From the NCBI GenBank assembly GCA_964635055.1, contig CAZWMT010000006.1, positions 70,896 through 134,895 of the forward strand: a stretch of 64,000 nucleotides of DNA. The letters are read 5' to 3'. The DNA comes from an uncultured Microthrixaceae bacterium. GTDB lineage: Bacteria; Actinomycetota; Acidimicrobiia; Acidimicrobiales; DATDAH01. Below the pieces are notes generated by a model. That model made no database searches and was not told the origin of the DNA. It worked only from the letters and a program-made list of their open reading frames with translations. Shown piece after piece: positions 16,510-25,386 of this stretch. A program made the position numbers and the translations under genes. The stretch's first letter is position 1. Each line of letters starts with the position of its first letter.

Positions 16510-18549
16510 GTGCGGGTGGGGGACACCAGGGGCGCGCGTCGCTGCCGGATCATCGTTGCCGGTGCAGTCGTGTCGCTGTGCGCTTCCGTGCTGGCGGTCG
16601 CCGCGCCCGCACCGACCCCCGCACTGGCCACCGGCACCCGCTACGTCGCCCTCGGCGACTCGTACACCTCGGGCCCCCTCATCCCCAATCAGTCCGGGCA
16701 GCCGCTCGGGTGCCTCCGCTCCGACCGTGACTACCCGCACCTGGTCGCGAGCGCGCTGGGCCTCTCGCTCACCGATGTGAGCTGCAGCGGCGCCGAGACC
16801 GAGGACATGACGAACGCCCAGGGGGTGACCCCGGGCCCCAACCCGCCTCAGTTCGACGCCCTCACCGCCGACACCGACGTCGTCACGGTCGGCATCGGCG
16901 GCAACGACATCGGCTTCTCCTCGATCGTGAAGGACTGCGTGGCCATCCTGCCGATCACCGCGGTCTGCCAGCCCGACTACGTGCGCAACGGGGTCGACGA
17001 GATCAGCAACCGCATCGCCGCGACCGCACCGAAGATCGCCGCGGTGATCCATGGGATCCGGGCGCGTTCGCCGCGCGCCCGCATCTACGTGGTGGGCTAC
17101 CCGGCGATCCTGCCCGAGACCGGCGGCGGGTGCTGGCCCTCGCTGCCGCTGTCCAACGCCGACCTCCCCTGGTTGCGGGCGAAGAACAGGGAGCTCAACA
17201 CCATGTTGGCCACCCAGGCGGCGGCCAACGGTGCGCACTACGTGGACGTGTACACGCCGGGCATCGGCCACGACGCCTGCCAGGGCGACGGCACCCGTTG
17301 GGTCGAGCCGATCATCCCCAGCGGCCTCCAGGCGGCGCCGGTGCACCCCAACGCGACGGGCATGGCCGGCATGGCCGCGGCGGTCGCGGCCAGGATCACC
17401 GCCACGCCGAACGCCCCGTCCGCGCCTCGCGGCCTGACCGCAGTGGCGGGCGACGGCCAGGTGTCGTTGTCGTGGACGGCCCCGGTCGACGACGGGGGTG
17501 GCGCGGTCTCGGCCTATCGCGTGTTCCGCGATGGCGTCCTGGCCCACACCACCGCGAACGGGGCGACGAGGTCGTTCGTCGACACCGGCCGCACCAACGG
17601 TCAGACCTACCGCTACACGGTCGTCGCGGTGAACGGGGCGGGCCCAGGCCCCGCATCGGCGGCGGCGTCGGCCACCCCACTGGGGTTGCCGTCGGCTCCC
17701 GGCACCCCCACCGCGACCGGGGGTGACGGTCAGGTGACCCTGTCGTGGACGGCGCCGTCCTCGACCGGGGGATCGCCGGTCACCGGGTACCGGCTGTACC
17801 GCGACGACACAGCACTTGCGGCCACGCTCGGCGCGACCGACCTCGACTACGTGGACACCGATGTGGCCAACGGCCAGGCCTACCGGTACCGGGTGGCGGC
17901 CCGCACCGCGGTCGGTGAAGGCGCCCGCAGCGGGGAGGCCTCGGCCACGCCGGTGGCCGCCTTCACCTGCTGCCCGCCCAATGGCTACACCGACGTCGGC
18001 CCCGACCTCGACGGAGCGGTCGACTGGGCCACCTACTTCGACGTGGCCACCGGGTTCGGCGACGGCACCTTCCGGCCCGCCCGGGCGTTGAAGCGCAAGC
18101 AGGTCGTGTCGATGCTCTGGCACCTCATGGACGAGCCGAGCGGTTCGCCCCACATGTCGTACCTCGACGTGGCGACGACCGCGCCCTACGCCGAAGCCCT
18201 CGACTGGGCCACCGCGCAGGGTCTCGTGTCCGGGTACCGCGACGGTTCCTTCCGCCCGACCACCGCGGTCACGCGCGCCCAGCTCGTCGTCATGATGTGG
18301 CACCTGGTCGGCGCCCCTGCCGGGAGCCCACCGCACCCCTACACCGACACCCGCCCGGGTGCCTTCTACCAGGTGGCGCTGGACTGGGCCGCCGACCACG
18401 GGCTGGTCGACGACCCCGCCGGCGGGACGCGGTTCCGTCCGAAGGACACCGCCACCCGCGGGGTGATCGTCACCTGGCTGCACAACCTTGCCTGGACGGC
18501 CGAGGCGTGGGGTGACGTCTCGCCGCTGCCCGACGCCGTCCTGTTCTGA
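16510..18549 (+). CDS. Secreted SGNH/GDSL hydrolase - 2x fibronectin type III - 3x SLH domain protein
   Basis: GTG start at 16510 (or 16516), followed by a signal peptide. 'YVALGDSYTSG' is the GDS block. Two FN3 units ('PSAPRGLTAVAGDGQVSLSWTAP', 'PSAPGTPTATGGDGQVTLSWTAP'). C-terminal SLH-like units (e.g. 'GYRDGSFRPTTAVTRAQLVVMMWHL'). Confidence 0.8.
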   Translation: MRVGDTRGARRCRIIVAGAVVSLCASVLAVAAPAPTPALATGTRYVALGDSYTSGPLIPNQSGQPLGCLRSDRDYPHLVASALGLSLTDVSCSGAETEDMTNAQGVTPGPNPPQFDALTADTDVVTVGIGGNDIGFSSIVKDCVAILPITAVCQPDYVRNGVDEISNRIAATAPKIAAVIHGIRARSPRARIYVVGYPAILPETGGGCWPSLPLSNADLPWLRAKNRELNTMLATQAAANGAHYVDVYTPGIGHDACQGDGTRWVEPIIPSGLQAAPVHPNATGMAGMAAAVAARITATPNAPSAPRGLTAVAGDGQVSLSWTAPVDDGGGAVSAYRVFRDGVLAHTTANGATRSFVDTGRTNGQTYRYTVVAVNGAGPGPASAAASATPLGLPSAPGTPTATGGDGQVTLSWTAPSSTGGSPVTGYRLYRDDTALAATLGATDLDYVDTDVANGQAYRYRVAARTAVGEGARSGEASATPVAAFTCCPPNGYTDVGPDLDGAVDWATYFDVATGFGDGTFRPARALKRKQVVSMLWHLMDEPSGSPHMSYLDVATTAPYAEALDWATAQGLVSGYRDGSFRPTTAVTRAQLVVMMWHLVGAPAGSPPHPYTDTRPGAFYQVALDWAADHGLVDDPAGGTRFRPKDTATRGVIVTWLHNLAWTAEAWGDVSPLPDAVLF

Positions 18550-18550
18550 C

Positions 18551-19237
18551 GTGGCGATCACCAGGCGGCCTTGCGCCGCGGCTGCAGCGGTCATGCTCGC
18601 GGGGTCGCTCACGATGGTCTCGCTCGTCGGCCCGGCGCTGCTGGCGGCGGGCGCCGAGCAGGTCGGCGGCGCCGACGGGGTCGACCAGGGTGACTTCGAG
18701 ACGCCGTTCCCCTGCGGCCAGGTCTGGGGGGCCAGCACCCACGCCGACCACCCGGCGGTCGACTGGAACGGCGTCGGCCCCGCCGCCGGGTCGGCCGACC
18801 TCGGCCTGCCTGTGGTGGCCGGCCTGGACGGCACGGTGATCGACGCGGGTGAGCAGAGCGGGTACGGACAACGCGTGGTCGTCGACCACGGCGACGGGTG
18901 GACCACCCTGTACGCCCACCTGTCGGCAATCACCGTGCTGGTCGGCCAGCACGTCGTGATGGGCACGACCCTCGGCAACGTGGGCGACACCGGCACCTCG
19001 GGCGGCCCCCACCTGCACTGGGAGCAGCGGTTCCTCGGGCAGCCGGTGCCGGTGCTGTGGGCCGGTGGCGCACCGATCGACACCACCTACGGCTCACCCG
19101 GTCCCACCTACGTCAGCGGCAACTGCGCCTCCCACAGCTACGGCGTGTCGGTGGTCGCCCCGCCCGGCGCCGGTCCGCCGCTGGTGGCCGTCGGGCCTGC
19201 TGCCTGCGCCCCCGGCGGCGGCTGCGCCTACGGCTGA
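18551..19237 (+). CDS. M23 family (LytM-like) metallopeptidase, secreted
   Basis: The GTG at 18551 lies 2 nt after the upstream stop. Signal/TM 'AAAAVMLAGSLTMVSLVGPALLAAGA'. M23 motifs 'VVVDHGDGWTTLYAHLS' and 'GPHLHWE'. Confidence 0.85.
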   Translation: MAITRRPCAAAAAVMLAGSLTMVSLVGPALLAAGAEQVGGADGVDQGDFETPFPCGQVWGASTHADHPAVDWNGVGPAAGSADLGLPVVAGLDGTVIDAGEQSGYGQRVVVDHGDGWTTLYAHLSAITVLVGQHVVMGTTLGNVGDTGTSGGPHLHWEQRFLGQPVPVLWAGGAPIDTTYGSPGPTYVSGNCASHSYGVSVVAPPGAGPPLVAVGPAACAPGGGCAYG

Positions 19238-19254
19238 ACGCAGGGCAGGGCGCG

Positions 19255-19302
19255 TTCTGGCACCGGATTCCGGTGCTACCGCCCCGAAGTCCGGTGCCAG
19301 TT
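19255..19302. repeat. Family-A palindromic element, diverged copy (A1)
   Basis: TTCTGGCACCGGATTCCGG...CCGAAGTCCGGTGCCAGTT. The arms CTGGCACCGGA (19257-67) and TCCGGTGCCAG (19290-300) pair perfectly. It lies between convergent genes (M23 stop 19237, VOC stop 19341). Confidence 0.75.
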
Positions 19303-19340
19303 CACCAGTTCAGGGGGCGGCGCCCCACCTCTGGGGCGGC

Positions 19341-19793
19341 TCAGAGCCGGAGCGGGCGGACGGGGCTCATCATCAGCTCGGGCTGGTTGGCCCAGTCGAC
19401 GCCCGGGACGTCGATGTAGAGCTCGATCTCGTTGCCGTCGGGGTCGAGGATGTAGAGGCTGTGGGTGACGGTGTGGTCGCTGGCCCCCGCGATGGGCACG
19501 CCGGCGGCCTCGACCGTGGCCAGCGCCTCACGCAGCTCGTCGTCGGTGTCGCCCACCTTCAGGCCGAAGTGGTACAGCCCGACACGGCGGCCCTGTGGCA
19601 CCGCGGTGGCGTCGGGGCCGACCTCGATCAGGAGCAGCTCGTGGTGGGTGCGGCCGCTCGTGAAGGCAGCCGCCCCCCGGATGGGGGCGTCGGCGTCGAC
19701 CGGTGCCCACCCGAGCACGTCGCGGTAGAACGCGACCGACCGCTGCAGGTCTCGCACGTAGAGCACCAGATGCCCGAGCTCCTTGATCTCCAT
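19341..19793 (-). CDS. VOC/glyoxalase family protein
   Basis: Start at ATG 19793 ('MEIKELGHLVLYVRDLQRSVAFYRDVLGW'). 'HHELLLIE' and 'LYILDPDGNEIELY' are typical VOC modules. Confidence 0.8.
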   Translation of the reverse strand: MEIKELGHLVLYVRDLQRSVAFYRDVLGWAPVDADAPIRGAAAFTSGRTHHELLLIEVGPDATAVPQGRRVGLYHFGLKVGDTDDELREALATVEAAGVPIAGASDHTVTHSLYILDPDGNEIELYIDVPGVDWANQPELMMSPVRPLRL

Positions 19794-19883
19794 CGACCTC
19801 TCCTCGTCCTCGGCGTGGCGTCCGGCACGGCCACGGTTCTGCAACACGGTCTGCAACACCGGGCGCCGCCCCGGTATGCCGGA

Positions 19884-20330
19884 TCAGCGACGACCGCGGG
19901 TGGCCGTGGCGTGGGCCACGAACTCGTCGACCGGTGTGGCCGCGATCATCTCGCCGATCACGTCGAGCGGCAGCGCGTCCAGCCGTCTGAACCGCACACA
20001 ACTGGCACCCATGTCGGGCTTCAGGCCGGCGTCGGCGAATCCCTGTTCCAGGCGCGCTCGCAACGCGGGATCGGCGTACACGTTGCTGAGGTAGACGGCC
20101 ATGTGGCGCTTCTGCGAGGCCAGGCCCGCATACGACAGTGGCTCGCCGTTGTAGGTGTCCGGACAGATGGCCAGCGGTACCTCGTAGCTGATCATCCCCC
20201 AATTCATGACCTCGACGTACCCGGCGGGCAGGTTCTCCAGGATCACCGCGCGCACGGCCTCGAGTGCCTGACGCCGATCGGCCGGCAACTGCTCGAGGTA
20301 GGCCTCGACCGAGGTCGCATCGCTGTGCAC
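19884..20330 (-). CDS. DUF1801 (YdhG-like) domain protein
   Basis: 'VEAYLEQLPADRRQALEAVRAVILENLP' and 'FASQKRHMAVYL'-type pattern. Family call is from memory. Confidence 0.6.
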   Translation of the reverse strand: MHSDATSVEAYLEQLPADRRQALEAVRAVILENLPAGYVEVMNWGMISYEVPLAICPDTYNGEPLSYAGLASQKRHMAVYLSNVYADPALRARLEQGFADAGLKPDMGASCVRFRRLDALPLDVIGEMIAATPVDEFVAHATATRGRR

Positions 20331-20340
20331 GGCGCGGAGG

Positions 20341-21456
20341 TTACCGGTGGGTGGCCACCTGGTTCAGGGCGCCGAGGGTGTCGAGGTCGGATGTCGCCGT
20401 CGCCGCCCGGTCGAGGCCCGCTCGCCACTGGGCTTCGGGCTGGAGGCGGTCGCCCATGGCCGCGGTGAACACGGCGCCCCGCAGCGCGTCGAGGGCGTAG
20501 AGGCGGTAGTGGAGCCAGGCGTCGTCACGGTCGGGTGGGTCGACGCCGAGCCGGCGCAACTCGCCGAGGTAGTGATCGACCCAGTCCCGCTCGTGCGCCC
20601 GCCGCATCTCCACCGGGGTGGACAGCACCGAGAAGTAGGCCACGTCCCGCAGGCCGTGGCCCTGCTGGAGCACCTGCCAGTCGTACAGACCGGCGCGGCC
20701 GTCGGGCAGGGCGTAGGTGTTGCCGAGGTGGGTGTCGCCGTGCAGCAGCGTCGTCGGTCCGGTGGCCCGGTGGTCGTCGAGGGCGTGGTCGAGGGCCTGG
20801 GCGCGCTCCAGGAGGCGGGCGTTGCTGTCGCCGAGCTCGTCCGCGAGTCGCGACCGGGCCCGGCGCAGCGCGGTGCTGAGCAGCAGGCGCTGGAGGCGGC
20901 GCACCCGGTCGTTGTCGGCTGGCCGGAACACCCAGCGCAGGTCGCCCCCGAACCGGCGGCTGCCCCAGAGCGGCGCGTGCACCCGGGCCAGGGCGGTCAT
21001 CACCGCGTCGGCGTGGTCGGCCGAGCATCCACCGGCGACCGTGGGGAAGTGGGCGCCGGTACCGGCCAGGTCCTCGAGCAGGAGGGCGAAGCGCCCGGCC
21101 CGCCCGCGGTCGGCGACGTACCCACGAGGCGCGGGCAGGTCGACGTGGGGTCGGATGGTGGCGTAGAAGCCCACCTCGTTGGCGCCGAGCCCGATCAACG
21201 TGCCGAACAGGCGGGCACCGGCGCCGTCGGCGGGCAGCTTCACGAACATCGACGCCGGCGGTTCGGCGACCGGATCGTCATCGCCCTCGGGTGCCGGGCC
21301 CCAGGTCAGGTGGAGACGGGCCCGAGAGGTGGTGCCTGACTCGAGCGGTTGCACGCCGACCGCGCGGAGCCGCGCCGGGTCGAGGCCGGTCTCCGGGCCG
21401 GCGCCGGCCAGTGCCGCGCGCAGCCAGGTCAGGTCGAGGTCCCCCGTGGTCAGCAC
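20341..21456 (-). CDS. Phosphotransferase (APH/choline-kinase-like) family protein
   Basis: 'LLHGDTHLGNTY' catalytic loop and 'LYDWQ' (DxD-type) segment. 371 aa. Confidence 0.8.
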   Translation of the reverse strand: MLTTGDLDLTWLRAALAGAGPETGLDPARLRAVGVQPLESGTTSRARLHLTWGPAPEGDDDPVAEPPASMFVKLPADGAGARLFGTLIGLGANEVGFYATIRPHVDLPAPRGYVADRGRAGRFALLLEDLAGTGAHFPTVAGGCSADHADAVMTALARVHAPLWGSRRFGGDLRWVFRPADNDRVRRLQRLLLSTALRRARSRLADELGDSNARLLERAQALDHALDDHRATGPTTLLHGDTHLGNTYALPDGRAGLYDWQVLQQGHGLRDVAYFSVLSTPVEMRRAHERDWVDHYLGELRRLGVDPPDRDDAWLHYRLYALDALRGAVFTAAMGDRLQPEAQWRAGLDRAATATSDLDTLGALNQVATHR

Positions 21457-21485
21457 CGCACCGTCACCATGGGGGAGAGTGAACC

Positions 21486-22139
21486 ATGCCCCGACTCCGA
21501 GAGATCCCCCGCAGTGAGGTGACGGCCCCGATCGTCACGATGATGTACGACCACCTGTTCGGCGATCGCGACCCCGTCGCCGAGCCCGGCACCACCACCG
21601 GCACCCCCGGCGACTGGTGGACCGTCTTCGCCGCGGTGCCCGACGTCTTCGAGCACGCGGTGGCGGGCTTCGGCCTCTACCAGAGCCCCAAGCGGGTGCT
21701 CGACCCCGTGCTGCGCGAGCTGGGCCAGACCCGTGCGGGCTGGGTGGTGGGCAGCCAGTTCGTGTTCTCGCAGCACTGCAAGTCGTGCCGCCTGCTGGGC
21801 ATGAGCGAGGCCAAGATCGCCGCCATCGCCCACTGGCCGGCGTCGGACGAGTTCACCGAGGTCGAGCGGCTCGTGCTGGCCTACACCGACGCGCTGGCGC
21901 TGCAGGGTGGGCGCATGCACGAGGGACTGTTCCGGGCCCTCCACGATCACCTGGGCGAGGCCGAGATCCTCGAGCTCACCTACATCACGGCCATGTACAT
22001 CATGCACGCCATCATGAGCCGCGCCCTTCGCACCGAGTGGGACGACCGCGACGACCCGATCGTCGAGATCGCCGGCCCCGACGGCTTCACCGGCTACGAC
22101 GTGGGCGCCGAGATCAGCGCCCCGCCCGCGGACGACTGA
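21486..22139 (+). CDS. Carboxymuconolactone decarboxylase (AhpD-like) family protein
   Basis: 'LRELGQTRAGWVVGSQFVFSQHCKSCRLLGMSEAKI' and 'ERLVLAYTDAL' fit the CMD/AhpD-like fold. Confidence 0.75.
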   Translation: MPRLREIPRSEVTAPIVTMMYDHLFGDRDPVAEPGTTTGTPGDWWTVFAAVPDVFEHAVAGFGLYQSPKRVLDPVLRELGQTRAGWVVGSQFVFSQHCKSCRLLGMSEAKIAAIAHWPASDEFTEVERLVLAYTDALALQGGRMHEGLFRALHDHLGEAEILELTYITAMYIMHAIMSRALRTEWDDRDDPIVEIAGPDGFTGYDVGAEISAPPADD

Positions 22140-22150
22140 TGTATCCCTCG

Positions 22151-22198
22151 TTCTGGCTCCCGATTCGACCGCGATAGCGATCGAATCGGGAGCCAGAA
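22151..22198. repeat. Family-A palindromic element (A2), perfect 18-bp stem; probable bidirectional terminator
   Basis: TTCTGGCTCCCGATTCGA (22151-68), a 12-nt loop, then TCGAATCGGGAGCCAGAA (22181-98). It sits between convergent stops at 22139 (+) and 22215 (-). Confidence 0.85.
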
Positions 22199-22214
22199 GC
22201 ACGGAGGTCCGAGG

Positions 22215-24464
22215 TCAGGCGGGGGTGACGGTGACGGGGACGCCGTTCAACACGGCGTTGCCCGACAGTGGGTCGAGCGCGCCGTCGTCGGTCAGGACGT
22301 TGGTGTTCACGCCGGCGTGGGCCGCGGCCACCGCCATCTGTGCGCCGGAATCGTCGTGGCCCCACCCGTGGGGCAGGCTGACCACACCGGCCAGGATCTC
22401 GTCGGTCACCTCGACCGGCGCCACCACCTTGCCCACCCGTGAGGTCACCTCCGCCTGGCCGCCGTCGCGGAGGCCCAGCCGATCGGCGTCGTCGGGGTGC
22501 ACCTGCAGCGTGCACCGGTCCTTGCCCTTCACCAGCACGTCCACGTTGTGCATCCACGAGTTGTTCGAACGCACGTGGCGCCGGCCGATCAGGGTGAGGT
22601 GCCCGTTGCGGGGCGCGCCCAGCGCCTCCACGAGCCGGGGCAGGTCGGCGAGGAAGGCGTCCGGCGCCAGCTCGACCTGGCCGGTAGGGGTCTTGAGCAC
22701 CTCGGGGATGCGAGGTTGGAGGGGCCCGAGGTCGAGGCCGTGGGGGTGGTCGAGCAGGGTCTGGAAGGTGACCCCGTCGGGGTTCGCCCCGAACCCGTCG
22801 CCGTACGCCCCGGTGCGAACCATGGCTTCGAGCACCTGCTCGGGGCCGTCCTCGGCCACCATCAGGGCGAGCAGGTCGGCCACCGTCTTGCCCTCCGCCA
22901 CGCCGCCGGGCTTGGTGGCCCGGCCGAGCACCCGGTCGAGCACGAGGCCGTCGATGATGGCCGGATCCGCGGTGGCGCCCATCCCGCCCAGCACGAGCGC
23001 GAGGCGGGCGAGGATGGTGTGCTCGGGCAGCTGGTCGGCGGGGTCGGCGGGCAGCACCGCGGGCGAGTAGTTGGCCACGTTGCGCACCGACAGGGTGGTG
23101 AAGGCGAGGTCGTAGTGACTCTTCTCCAGGGCGTCGGGGGGCGGCAGGATCACGTCGGCGTGGCGGGTGGTCTCGTTGCGGTAGGGGTCGATGCTCACCA
23201 TGAACTCGAGCGACGCCAGCGCCGACTCGAGGTGGGTGCTGTTGGGCGCCGAGCGGGCCGGGTTGCCGGCGAGGGTGATGAGCGCCCGCACCTGCCCGTC
23301 GCCCGGTGTCTCGATCTCGTCGGCGAGGGTGGCGATGGGGAACTCGGAGCGGACCTCGGGGTGGCCCTTCACCCGGCTGGTGGACCGGCCGGTGCTGAAG
23401 CCGCGACCCTTGCCCGAGCCCTTCGCGCCGGTGAGGGCGAGTGGGAACATCATCCCGCCGGGACGGTCGAGGTTGCCGGTGAGGGCGGTGACGAGGTCAG
23501 ACGCCCAGGAGGCGATGGTGCCGAAGGCGACGGTGTTGGTGCCGATGCGCCCGTAGACCGCGGCGGACTCGGCGGCGGCGACCTCACGGGTGAGGCGGCG
23601 GATGGTGTCGGCGTCGATGCCGGTGTGCTCGGCGACGGCCTCGGGGGAGAAGGGCTCGACCGCGTCGCGCACGGCCTCGATCCCGCTGAACACCGCAGGA
23701 TCGAGCTCGGCCGACACGAGGTCCTCGGCGAACAGCACGTGGACCATGGCTAGGAGGAGGTGGCCGTCGGCACCGGGGCGGATGGGCACGTGCTCGTCGG
23801 CGTTCTTGGCCGTCTTGGTCAGCCGCGGGTCGACCACGACCACCTTCCCGCCGCGGGCACGGATGGCTTCGAGGCGGCCGGGGAAGTCGGGCGCGGTGCA
23901 CAGGCTGCCGTTCGACTCGTACGGGTTGGCACCGAGCATCAGCAGGTGGCTCGTGCGATCGAGGTCGGGGACGGGAATGGCGTCGGGGCTGCCGTACATC
24001 GCACCGCAAGAGACGTGCCGGGGCATCTGGTCGACGGTGCTGGCCGAGTAGAGGTTGCGGCTGGCCAGCGAGGTGATCAGGGCCCGGGCGTAGATGCCGG
24101 CGCCGAGGTTGTGCACGGTCGGGTTGCCCAGGTACAGCGCCACCGCATCTCGTCCGTGCTCCTCCATGAGGGGCAGGAGGCGGCGCTCGATCTCGGCGAA
24201 GGCCTCGTCCCAGCTCACCTCGGCCCAGGTGGCGTCGGCGCCCTCGCCGGAGCGGATGAGCGGCCGGCGGATTCGGTCGGGGTCGGTGTGGAGCTGCTTC
24301 AGGGTCGAGCCCTTGGGGCAGATGAACCCGTGGCTGAACACGTCGTCGCGGTCACCCCGGATGCGCACCACCTCGTCGCCCTTGGTGGTGATCTCCAGCC
24401 CGCACGTGGCCTCGCACAACGGACAGGTGCGGAAGTGCGTCTGCGTCTCGGCGCTGTCGGTCAC
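22215..24464 (-). CDS. Molybdopterin (bis-MGD) oxidoreductase, formate-dehydrogenase-like
   Basis: GTG start at 24464. The N-terminal 4Fe-4S Mo/W-bis-MGD motif is 'CPLCEATCGLE...FICPKG'. Length 749 aa. Confidence 0.9.
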   Translation of the reverse strand: MTDSAETQTHFRTCPLCEATCGLEITTKGDEVVRIRGDRDDVFSHGFICPKGSTLKQLHTDPDRIRRPLIRSGEGADATWAEVSWDEAFAEIERRLLPLMEEHGRDAVALYLGNPTVHNLGAGIYARALITSLASRNLYSASTVDQMPRHVSCGAMYGSPDAIPVPDLDRTSHLLMLGANPYESNGSLCTAPDFPGRLEAIRARGGKVVVVDPRLTKTAKNADEHVPIRPGADGHLLLAMVHVLFAEDLVSAELDPAVFSGIEAVRDAVEPFSPEAVAEHTGIDADTIRRLTREVAAAESAAVYGRIGTNTVAFGTIASWASDLVTALTGNLDRPGGMMFPLALTGAKGSGKGRGFSTGRSTSRVKGHPEVRSEFPIATLADEIETPGDGQVRALITLAGNPARSAPNSTHLESALASLEFMVSIDPYRNETTRHADVILPPPDALEKSHYDLAFTTLSVRNVANYSPAVLPADPADQLPEHTILARLALVLGGMGATADPAIIDGLVLDRVLGRATKPGGVAEGKTVADLLALMVAEDGPEQVLEAMVRTGAYGDGFGANPDGVTFQTLLDHPHGLDLGPLQPRIPEVLKTPTGQVELAPDAFLADLPRLVEALGAPRNGHLTLIGRRHVRSNNSWMHNVDVLVKGKDRCTLQVHPDDADRLGLRDGGQAEVTSRVGKVVAPVEVTDEILAGVVSLPHGWGHDDSGAQMAVAAAHAGVNTNVLTDDGALDPLSGNAVLNGVPVTVTPA

Positions 24465-24515
24465 GAGTGTCCCCCTCGATGGCGTACCCCTGATCCTGCC
24501 ACCGGTTCCCCGAAC

Positions 24516-24556
24516 TCAGCGCAGAATCCGGCGCGCGACGCCGGAAGTTGCGCTGA
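24516..24556 (-). terminator. Imperfect long hairpin downstream of ppk2
   Basis: TCAGCGCA-gaa-TCCGGCG-cgcga-CGCCGGA-agt-TGCGCTGA. It lies 38 nt after the PPK2 stop (24594) and 52 nt before the oxidoreductase start. There is no U-tract, as is usual in GC-rich actinobacteria. Confidence 0.45.
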
Positions 24557-24593
24557 CTTCGAGGCTGGCTCGTGGTCACGGGTGCGGGGGGCG

Positions 24594-25358
24594 TCAGCGC
24601 AGGAGGGTGCGGGCGGGGGCGGCGATCGCGGGGTCGGGGGCCACGGCCGCCGCCGGGTCCTTGCCGTCGTAGTCGAGGGAGTGGAGCACGTGGCGGATGG
24701 CGTGGAGGCGGGCGACCTTCTGGCGGTTGGCGTTCACGCCCGTCCACGGGGCCCACTCGGTGTCGGTGGCGTCGAGCATGGTGTGCAGCGCCTCGGTGTA
24801 GGCGTCGTACTTCTCCATGGCCACCTCGTCGATGGGGCTGATCTTCCACGCCTTGAGTGGATCCTCGCGGCGCTCTTGAAGGCGCTCGGCCTGCAGGTCG
24901 CGGTCCACGTCGAGGTAGAGCTTGAACAGGTGGACGCCGTCCTCGACCAGGGCCTGCTCGACCTCGGGGGCCTGACGCAGGAACAGGCGGTGCTGGTCGT
25001 CGGTGCAGAAGCCCATCACCGGCTCGACGCCGGCCCGGTTGTACCAGGAGCGGTCGAAGAAGACGATCTCGCCGGCGGTGGGGAGCTGCGCCACGTAGCG
25101 CTGGAAGTACCACTGGCCCTTCTCGGCGTCGCTCGGCTTCGGGAGGGCCACCACCCGGGCCTGGCGGGGGGCGAGGTGCTCGCGGAAGGCCTCGATGGTG
25201 CCGCCTTTGCCGGCGGCGTCGCGCCCCTCGAGCAGGATCACCACCCGCGCCCCCGAGGCGATCACCCACTGCTGCAGCTTCACCAGCTCCAGGTGCAGGG
25301 CGTGGAGTTGCTCGTCGTAGTCGTCGCCGTCGATCTTCGGGGGACGCGTCAGGGCCAC
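24594..25358 (-). CDS. ppk2: Polyphosphate kinase 2
   Basis: 'VVILLEGRDAAGKGG' (Walker A) and 'FDRSWYNRAGVEPVMGF'. The GTG at 25358 is chosen because the ATG at 25457 would overlap the upstream gene by 71 nt. Confidence 0.9.
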   Translation of the reverse strand: MALTRPPKIDGDDYDEQLHALHLELVKLQQWVIASGARVVILLEGRDAAGKGGTIEAFREHLAPRQARVVALPKPSDAEKGQWYFQRYVAQLPTAGEIVFFDRSWYNRAGVEPVMGFCTDDQHRLFLRQAPEVEQALVEDGVHLFKLYLDVDRDLQAERLQERREDPLKAWKISPIDEVAMEKYDAYTEALHTMLDATDTEWAPWTGVNANRQKVARLHAIRHVLHSLDYDGKDPAAAVAPDPAIAAPARTLLR

Positions 25359-25386
25359 GGTCGGCTCGCCTGGGGATCCGTGGCCG

